Assembly (NCBI GenBank): GCA_963747695.1
Contig: CAVVFV010000012.1
Span: 98,903 to 162,902, forward strand
DNA length: 64,000 nt
From: Candidatus Falkowbacteria bacterium
GTDB lineage: Bacteria > Patescibacteriota > Patescibacteriia > Patescibacteriales > WJLG01
Direction of reading: 5' to 3'
A program made the position numbers and the translations under genes. Below the pieces are notes generated by a model. That model had not been told where the DNA came from, did not search any database, and worked only from the letters and a program-made list of their open reading frames with translations. Position 1 is the first letter of the stretch, and the number at the start of each line of letters is the position of its first letter. Shown one piece after another: positions 55,171 to 62,255 of the stretch.

Positions 55171-55347
55171 CTCCAAAAAATCTTCGGCTCGAACTTGTTT
55201 TTGATAAATCAAAAACTAAAATTTGTGCCCATCAAACCTTACGCTTCGCTTCGCGAAGCGTTAAAAATTTTTCCTGAAAAAGGGCTTAGTATTATCTGTG
55301 CTCATCTCTATGACCTCGCTCGAAGGTATTTTTTAGATAATTCTTGA
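55171..55347 (+). pseudogene. Detached inverted copy of the recombinase 3' end, carrying the presumed native C-terminus
   Basis: It encodes LQKIFGSNLFLINQKLKFVPIKPYASLREALKIFPEKGLSIICAHLYDLARRYFLDNS*. The first 115 nt or so are about 98% identical to the reverse complement of 50408-50536. No recombinase-like sequence lies upstream of 55171. Confidence 0.7.
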
Positions 55348-55737
55348 CCCAAAACATGGCCGTCTAACCCCCTCCGGCTGCGGCCATTTTGCCCTGTATG
55401 CGCTCAAGGCCAAGGAGGGCCAACTAGTTGAACAGCTATATGAACAGCTGTATGAACGACTAGTTGAACCCGGGTTCATATAGCAGACACTGTTTTAAGA
55501 AGTTATTTTAGCCAAATTCTAATTTTCAAAAATGAGTGACTATTACTCCGACAACGGAATCAACTGAACGACAAATATATATTATTACTACACTAAGATA
55601 TGACGACAAACTACTAATTACAATTACGACTTAAACCAATATTATATTAAATACCAATATTAATTACTGATATTATTTAATTTCAGATACTTCTTTCCAA
55701 CTACTGGCCAAAACCAAGAAAAAAAATGGGGAATGAG
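55171..55737. repeat. Inverted repeat, left copy (recombinase tail, attP-like core and 438-bp arm)
   Basis: 55171-55299 is the reverse complement of 50408-50536. 55300-55737 is the reverse complement of 61613-62048, with scattered mismatches. It contains the TGAAC array at 55429-55483. Confidence 0.85.
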
Positions 55738-56089
55738 GGGGGAACCCATCGCCCCAACATAAGTCGGGTGATGGGTTGGACATATTTTAAATTATAAATA
55801 CTCACGTATAAAAAAATCCATTTTAATTTTCAGCCTTTGCCTATTGGCTAGTATTTTTCTCAGATCGCTGAATTCGAATGTCACTTTCGCCGTAGAGACT
55901 ATTTTTATCGGATGACCTGAGTGGCTGGTCATTGTTAGTCAAAGAGGCTAGCAATAGTATATCCTCATTTTTGTATGAGAAGATACTATTGCACTTGCGC
56001 TTATTCATAAATATTCACGATGATTTTAGTTGATTTCATCTAATATTAGTAATTTTTACAAATTTCAAGCAATTATTATGTAATAGGAC

Positions 56090-56119
56090 TTGACAAAATA
56101 TAAATACACGATGTATTAT
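56090..56119 (+). promoter_or_regulatory. Sigma70-like promoter for the first cassette operon
   Basis: TTGACA (56090-95), an 18-nt spacer and TATTAT (56114-19), lying 37 nt upstream of ATG 56156. Confidence 0.4.
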
Positions 56120-56155
56120 GTAAATAGACAATACACTTACATAAAATTTAAAAAT

Positions 56156-56371
56156 ATGAGTGAAACAAGATATGAAAGATTTAAAAGGCTAGCAGAGGCC
56201 AGGACGAATATAATTATACAGAGAATTAAAATCCTCGGTAATTGCTCGAATAGGAGTTCATATGATTATACTTCCGAAGATATCGATAAAATATTTAATG
56301 CCATTTCGAAGTATTTGAAAGATACAAGGGCAAAGTTTTCATTTCCTGGAGAACGGAAGTTTAAGTTATGA
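56156..56371 (+). CDS. Small (71-aa) helical protein, first gene of the cassette
   Basis: Start placed at MSETRYERFKRLAEARTN because the longer ORF start overlaps the promoter-like motif. The stop overlaps the next start (ATGA), suggesting translational coupling. Confidence 0.55.
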   Translation: MSETRYERFKRLAEARTNIIIQRIKILGNCSNRSSYDYTSEDIDKIFNAISKYLKDTRAKFSFPGERKFKL

Positions 56372-57831
56372 TTATGAATAATTACGACTCAGGAATCGAA
56401 GAGGTTATCGGTTCTGTTATATCTTTTTTTAATGTAGATAGAGATTTGTTGTTTGGAAATTCCAGAAAAGCAGAAATTGTAGAGGCCAGACATGTATTAG
56501 CCTACTGTTTAAGAAATAAATTTAGACTATCATTCCCAGCAATAGGAGAAATCTTTAACAGGGATCACACCTCAATTATGCATGCATGCGAAAACGCTTG
56601 CATAATTATTGAACGAAATATAAAGTTAAAAGTTTTTATTGATAATTTGATAAATTCAGGGGACAGTGAATATAAAGATATTAGTGAAGTAGAGGGTGAA
56701 GATGTTGGTAAGGTGGTAAGCGAAGATATAAAAACAACTAATAACCCGGAAGAGTTGAAGAAATATTTAACATTTAAACGTGAGTTGGAAGATAAAGAGC
56801 ATGAAAGGAATATGACGGAACTAAGGAAGAACAGAGAGGGTAAAATTTCAAATGCAAAAGCCGAATATGCAAAAGCAGTGATCAATGCTAAAAATGAATA
56901 TGAAAACAACTCTATTAAATTAATAGAAGGAAGAGCTAAAAATATAAGAGAACATAGAAGTGCGATGTTTTGGCTCAAGATTGGTAGGTATTCAGAGGCG
57001 AATGAGTATCTGAGTCCCAAAAAAGAACTTTTAGAAAATAACGATTTCAAAAAGGATATTGTAAATTTCTTGCCTAAATTTAAGACCGAAGTTAAAGAGC
57101 TTGTTTTTCCGATCGAATTTAATAAAGAGTATCTTAGAAATTGCTTTGCAGACTTGGATGACAGATCGAAAAATATTCTTATTAAAAGATATGGTTTTGA
57201 TGATGAAAAAACATCAACACTGGAAGAGATTGCGGTAATTGAAAAAATATCGAGGGAAAGAGTGCGCCAAATTTTGCAAACAGGTATAAATAAAATTTAT
57301 TTTAATAATTGTGGCGGGTTGAGACAGGTTGTTAATTCGGTTGCGGGGAAAATATTAAAAGAAGATTTAGTATTTATTGATAAGTGCTTGAATGAATTTT
57401 TTATATTTAATAAGGAAGATGAGAGTCTGCTCAGAAGACTGATTTTAGTGATAATGCTATCCGTAAAATGGATTAAGGAATTTGATTTTTCTGGCTATAA
57501 ATTTTTCATTAATTCATCTAACGAAAAGAAAGTAATTGAACAAATTGATCATATTAAATTGCTAATCGGAAAGATTGAAGCGGCGATGCCTGATATGATA
57601 TTAGATCGTTGGCAATATGTTCTAAATAATTTAAAGTTGTACGAATTCTTTCAAGATAAAAAACATTTATTGGATGATGCATTTTTAAGAGCCTGCTATG
57701 ATAATTTTTTGTTTGAAAGCGAGATAGTTGTTTATAAAACAGAGGTTCTTAAAAAGTATAAGTCATATAACGATGCTGATCAGGAGCAGGTTGAAGGTGT
57801 CCCCAACGAATATAATGTTTTTTTCGAGTAG
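56368..57831 (+). CDS. Dual-HTH protein: DnaA-domain-IV-like HTH, coiled coil, sigma70-region-4-like HTH, unknown C-terminal domain
   Basis: The N-terminus LLFGNSRKAEIVEARHVLAYCLRNKFRLSFPAIGEIFNRDHTSIMHACEN matches the DnaA C-terminal DNA-binding signature (R..R...AMYL.R.....S...IG..F..RDHTTV.HA). Residues 270-300 or so, LIKRYGFDDEKTSTLEEIAVIEKISRERVRQILQTGINKI, match sigma70 region 4.2. Confidence 0.7.
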   Translation: MIMNNYDSGIEEVIGSVISFFNVDRDLLFGNSRKAEIVEARHVLAYCLRNKFRLSFPAIGEIFNRDHTSIMHACENACIIIERNIKLKVFIDNLINSGDSEYKDISEVEGEDVGKVVSEDIKTTNNPEELKKYLTFKRELEDKEHERNMTELRKNREGKISNAKAEYAKAVINAKNEYENNSIKLIEGRAKNIREHRSAMFWLKIGRYSEANEYLSPKKELLENNDFKKDIVNFLPKFKTEVKELVFPIEFNKEYLRNCFADLDDRSKNILIKRYGFDDEKTSTLEEIAVIEKISRERVRQILQTGINKIYFNNCGGLRQVVNSVAGKILKEDLVFIDKCLNEFFIFNKEDESLLRRLILVIMLSVKWIKEFDFSGYKFFINSSNEKKVIEQIDHIKLLIGKIEAAMPDMILDRWQYVLNNLKLYEFFQDKKHLLDDAFLRACYDNFLFESEIVVYKTEVLKKYKSYNDADQEQVEGVPNEYNVFFE

Positions 57832-57854
57832 TATTAATAATTTAACCTAACCAT

Positions 57855-59357
57855 ATGGGAAAAACAGTTTACAATATAACACCAGACATTTCTCTGATGC
57901 CCAAACTCGGAAAATCTGGCTATTCTTCTCCGCAGGCAATCGCTGAGTTGGTGGACAATTCTATTGATGCCAGAATAGAGGGCAAAGTGTTAAACGTGGT
58001 AATTAAGATAGAGAAAAATGTAATCAGTATAGCTGATAATGGTTCTGGAATGGATGGAACACAATTAGCTGATGCTATGACACTTGCACACTCAAATAAG
58101 GAGAATAAATTGGGCGAGTTTGGCCTTGGCTTAAAAACCGCATGTAATAGTTTGGGGGAGAAATTTGAAATTATAACCTCTCCGGCAAACGATAGCAAAC
58201 AGTATAGGTTTGTATACGATCAAAAGGAGTGGATGGGTAAACAAAAGTGGGAGATCGATATAGAGTCCTTAAAGGCGGAAAGCGATATGCATTTTACCGT
58301 AATTAAAATTGAGAACTTGTCTAAAAATATTCCTGGACTGCCGGATGTTTTAAAAAGAGATATGGAAAGAAGATTCGCCCCTTTTATAGAAAAAGGAGAG
58401 GTTACTATTAAAGTGAACGGGAAAGAGTGCAAGCCTGGCAAGCACGATTTGATTGAAGGATCCAGAAAAGAATTTAACCTCGATGTTGTAAGTGGAAAAT
58501 TTAAAGGTGAAAAAATATATGGCTGGTATGGGTTGCTTAAAGAAGGCTCAAATAAGGGTCTTTATGGTTTTCATACTTATCGAAGAGGGAGAATGATTAC
58601 GACTTATGACAAGATGGTTATCGGTGAACATCCTACAATTTCAAGAATTATAGGTGAGATAAACATGGATTTTGTCTCCGTGACTCACAATAAGAAAGAT
58701 TTTATAAGAGAAAGTGATGAGTTCGCAATGGCAGAGGAATTATTAAAAGAAGAGTTAAAGAATATTCTAAAAGAGGCTAAAAAGAAGTCTGGCCAAGACA
58801 AGATTACGAAAAACGTAATGAACGATTTAGACGTTTGGAAAGAAAAAATCAGTAAGGCGGTAATGGAATCACAGGATTTAAAATGTTATACGTCTCAAGT
58901 TGATATTAAAACGGGAATGGTCAAGGATGATGACGGTAAGGACGAGGAGGTTCTTGGTGAAAAAAGAGAAAGCAAGAAGGGTGGACACGGAACCGTAAAA
59001 CCAAAATCGACAGATGCGGTAAGGGTGCCAAAAAAGGAGAATGAAAATATAAAAAAGATAATTAAGGTAAAGGGTAAAAAATTTGAATTCGATCACGAGT
59101 TCTCTTCTCTGGGTCAAGATTCGGCATGGAAACAATATGAGTTTGACAAGGAAAAAAGAAAAATTGTTGTTTATACAAATATTGATTTTCCAGCATTCTC
59201 AACAACAAAAGACACGGCCTTCTACGCCGTTTTGCATATTGCAGAGTCAATTGCAGAGATCATGGTTACTGAGGTTGGGGAAGAGATAGGTAATTTGCAA
59301 GAGATAAAAGAAATTATTTTAAAAACAGCGTCAATTCTTAAAAACCAAATTGATTAA
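57855..59357 (+). CDS. GHKL-superfamily (MORC/HATPase_c_3-type) ATPase
   Basis: The Bergerat-fold motifs are the N box AIAELVDNSIDA, the G1 box ISIADNGSGMD and the G2 box LGEFGLGLKTA. These are followed by a YRRGRMI segment, a Lys/Glu-rich linker and a C-terminal globular domain. Confidence 0.8.
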   Translation: MGKTVYNITPDISLMPKLGKSGYSSPQAIAELVDNSIDARIEGKVLNVVIKIEKNVISIADNGSGMDGTQLADAMTLAHSNKENKLGEFGLGLKTACNSLGEKFEIITSPANDSKQYRFVYDQKEWMGKQKWEIDIESLKAESDMHFTVIKIENLSKNIPGLPDVLKRDMERRFAPFIEKGEVTIKVNGKECKPGKHDLIEGSRKEFNLDVVSGKFKGEKIYGWYGLLKEGSNKGLYGFHTYRRGRMITTYDKMVIGEHPTISRIIGEINMDFVSVTHNKKDFIRESDEFAMAEELLKEELKNILKEAKKKSGQDKITKNVMNDLDVWKEKISKAVMESQDLKCYTSQVDIKTGMVKDDDGKDEEVLGEKRESKKGGHGTVKPKSTDAVRVPKKENENIKKIIKVKGKKFEFDHEFSSLGQDSAWKQYEFDKEKRKIVVYTNIDFPAFSTTKDTAFYAVLHIAESIAEIMVTEVGEEIGNLQEIKEIILKTASILKNQID

Positions 59358-59733
59358 TTAAACTCAGGAGTACGAAGAAAATTTTGGTTTTATGGACAAA
59401 ATAGAAGTCTGTGAAAAAATAAAAAAAGGTACACGTAAAATTACTGTGATTTTCGAGCACTGTTTAGTTAGTCTGGGATAGGTGTTAAAGTTAACTCGTC
59501 GAGACTTTTATTAACGGGTAATTTAGTTAATGTGAAAGGGTAATTTATTTGATTGATAACTCTGTGACGTAGGGATCCACACTCGATTCCCCGGCAAATT
59601 AGCTGGAATTATATACTAGAAAGGAATAATGGTAGGATTGCTAGATTCAGAAAAATTAGTTCCCAATAGCTCCGCAGCGGCTTTGTTACATAAACTTATA
59701 ACTTGACGTTTACAATAATAAAAATATTAAAAA

Positions 59734-60933
59734 ATGGATACTAAAACTTTTTCAGAGTTATTAAAAGACGATGTTATCGAACAAATACAAAAAGTAGATT
59801 TAAAATCTAAAGATTGGGACGCGTGGTTTTTAAAATGGAAAGATCCAAGCACAAGAACTCAAATTATTTGGATTCTTAGGGATTTAGCAGAGAAGAAAGA
59901 ATATGTAGATAAAATCGTTGCAATAGCGGACATGTATTCGAAAGACCCTAATCCTGATGGAGATTTTGACGACTTAAATAAAAAAATAGAGGCCGGAGAA
60001 GATATCCGTTCTATATATACAGTCAGAGGAACTTTGCCGTGGCTTTTGCAAACATTAATAGCCACTTTTAAAACAGAGTATTACCCAGATATTTTAAAAA
60101 TAACAGAAAGATTAATTGAAGATCAGGTATATTATGTTAGGCAGCAGGCTACCGTTCCTCTTTCTCTTTTTGTAGCCAACCTTCGTGCCAAAAAAAACGT
60201 TGATGGAACAGATTTTAATTTTACTGATAAAGACAAGAGCAGTGCATATAGTCTCTCGTTTAAGATGCTTAGAGAGAATTGCAATCTCCCGCGAGTATTA
60301 GAATACGTGTCTAATGTATTTGATAAGTTAAGAAATATAACAGCGGAAGAGGCAAAAGAAGTGCTAACAACTTTTTGCTATAATGAAAAAAAAATTAATC
60401 CTGAATACCTAACTAGCCACGTAGTTCCTCTAGTAATTTTCTTCGCAGAGTTTAGAAAAAAAAACGAAGCAGGTTTTGATAATTATTGGTTCCAGGTTTT
60501 TTTAGAAAATTTTATTAAAGATGCCAAAGATTCTTGCCTAAGAAGTACATTAATCTGGCATATGTGGCGGGTGATTGAAGAAGATGCGTCTAATTATCAA
60601 TTGGTTAAAAAGTATATACCATTGCTTTTTGAAAATATTTCCGATCATGAGCCTGTGGGGCAGATGGAATTTTTAGTAAATGAAGTTTTAAAAGCTGATT
60701 CCAAAGACGGTATTGAACTATATATAACATTCCTTAATTATTTAGATAAAATGAATTTTTCTAGTTCTTTTAAGCTTTGGCTTACCCAAACAGAGGAAAC
60801 ATTGGAACGTATCAAAAAGATAGATTCTTCAAAAGTATTAGAGATTTTACCCTTACTGAAAGGATTACGTTTAAAAGGTTGTTATGTCGGCGATGAAAAA
60901 ACAATTTTTCCCGAGGAATCGGCTGATAAATGA
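59734..60933 (+). CDS. All-alpha HEAT/ARM-like repeat protein (function unknown)
   Basis: A 399-aa protein with a helical-repeat appearance (e.g. VRGTLPWLLQTLIATF, YYVRQQATVPLSLFVANL) and no catalytic motif recognised. It is preceded by a 376-bp non-coding spacer. Confidence 0.6.
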   Translation: MDTKTFSELLKDDVIEQIQKVDLKSKDWDAWFLKWKDPSTRTQIIWILRDLAEKKEYVDKIVAIADMYSKDPNPDGDFDDLNKKIEAGEDIRSIYTVRGTLPWLLQTLIATFKTEYYPDILKITERLIEDQVYYVRQQATVPLSLFVANLRAKKNVDGTDFNFTDKDKSSAYSLSFKMLRENCNLPRVLEYVSNVFDKLRNITAEEAKEVLTTFCYNEKKINPEYLTSHVVPLVIFFAEFRKKNEAGFDNYWFQVFLENFIKDAKDSCLRSTLIWHMWRVIEEDASNYQLVKKYIPLLFENISDHEPVGQMEFLVNEVLKADSKDGIELYITFLNYLDKMNFSSSFKLWLTQTEETLERIKKIDSSKVLEILPLLKGLRLKGCYVGDEKTIFPEESADK

Positions 60934-60937
60934 TTTT

Positions 60938-61435
60938 ATGAATGAACTGGATAAGTTAAAGACAGAGATTAAAAATGATTTGATGAATATTAAAGAATTT
61001 TTTGAGGCATCTCTTAATTCATATGTTTCAAGTGCTACAAGTGGTAATACCGGAACTCAACCAGTCGCAAATGATCCGATTCAAGGAAGAAAGAAACATT
61101 TTTTAGAAAACTATATGTTAGTTTTTCCCAGCCTTCTTTATAGGACCATCCTTAAATTAGGAAAAAGAATAGAGAAAATTGATCAGGGGTTGTTCACTAT
61201 AAATTTTAAATACACCAATCCAAGAAATAATTTGTGTTATATAGGTCCAAAAGGCAGAGAAGTCGAAGAGATAAGGGGATTGAGAAATTATTTTTTTCAT
61301 GGCGACGATATGCCTAATAAGGGTTTTGCTGATGCGTTTAAAAATTACCCACCAGACAAACCGATTGAACTTGAAGGAAAGGATGTGACGAGGCTTATAA
61401 AAAATTGTGAAGATGCTATAAACAAAATTATTTAA
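60938..61435 (+). CDS. Minimal HEPN-like protein (putative RNase effector)
   Basis: Start placed at ATG 60938, 4 nt after the upstream stop. R-x4-H motif with the typical polar second residue: EEIRGLRNYFFHGDD (AGA codon at 61283). The predicted helical protein is 165 aa, consistent with a minimal HEPN domain. Confidence 0.55.
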   Translation: MNELDKLKTEIKNDLMNIKEFFEASLNSYVSSATSGNTGTQPVANDPIQGRKKHFLENYMLVFPSLLYRTILKLGKRIEKIDQGLFTINFKYTNPRNNLCYIGPKGREVEEIRGLRNYFFHGDDMPNKGFADAFKNYPPDKPIELEGKDVTRLIKNCEDAINKII

Positions 61436-61612
61436 TTGAAATGGGTCTGACCTCTGCTTGATGAAGCAAAGGAATTGAACAGCTAGCCATATAAATAACC
61501 AAAAAACAGCTATATCCTAGCCGCTTATCAACCCCCGTCGTCAATCATCCCGTTAGCCCGTTAATAACCCCGTAATTGTTTTGCCCATCCTGTTTTCACC
61601 CAGTCTTTTCCT

Positions 61613-62048
61613 CTCATTCCCCATTTTTTTTCTTGGTTTTGGCCAGTAGTTGGAAAGAAGTATCTGAAATTAAAGAATATCAGTAATTAGTATTGGTAGT
61701 TAATATAATAATTGGTTTAAGTCTTAATTATAATTAGTAGTTTGTCGTAGTATCTTAGTGTAGTAATAATATATATTTGTCGTTCAGTTGATTCCGTTGT
61801 CGGAGTAATAGTCACTCATTTTTAAAATTATATTTGGCTAAAATAACTTCTAAAAACAGTGTCTGCTATATGAACCCGGGTTCAACTAGTCGTTCATACA
61901 GCTGTTCATATAGTTGTTCAACTAGTTGGCCATCCTTGGCCTTGAGCGCATACAGGGCAAAAGGCCGCAGCCGAAGGGGGTAGACCGGCCATGTTTTGGG
62001 TCAAGAATTATCTAAAAAATACCTTCGAGCGAGGTCATAGAGATGAGC
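61613..62048. repeat. Inverted repeat, right copy (its outer end is attR)
   Basis: The reverse complement of 55300-55737. It carries the TGAAC array at 61867-61927 and ends ...GGTCATAGAGATGAGC at the tRNA terminator hairpin. Confidence 0.85.
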
Positions 62049-62098
62049 TTGTGAAATAAAAATAAGGCGCGCCTAGCGCCTTATTTTTATTTCACAAG
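62048..62098 (+). terminator. Perfect 23-bp-stem hairpin; presumed native terminator of tRNA-Gln (B' arm of attB)
   Basis: CTTGTGAAATAAAAATAAGGCGC-GCCTA-GCGCCTTATTTTTATTTCACAAG. Confidence 0.7.
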
Positions 62099-62255
62099 AC
62101 GAAATGCTGTTTGACAAAATGTTATATTGTTGGTAATATAAGATTTGTTTTCTATTTCAAAATAATTGTGCTTCATATCGGAAATTTCGCCAGAACCCGC
62201 CGGGGTTACGCCGAATAGCTATTATTTTAAATTAATCACTATTTATATAAAGAAT

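Larger units (their letters stand above)
50408..62048. mobile_element. Integrated 11.6-kb island (large-serine-recombinase type) at the 3' end of tRNA-Gln
   Basis: The left junction is the recombinase ORF running into the antisense tRNA. The right junction is the reverse complement of the native recombinase tail abutting the tRNA terminator hairpin. A shared AGC lies at both junctions (50405-07 and 62046-48). Confidence 0.75.

Noticed and set aside
55300-55737. The long inverted repeats as termini of a transposon, casposon or linear replicon carrying the cassette
   Set aside because: I could not recognise a transposase, Cas1 or protein-primed polymerase between the repeats. No target-site duplication flanks them, and the outer end of the right repeat is explained by the recombinase attP/attR logic. 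I kept this only as an alternative inside the findings.
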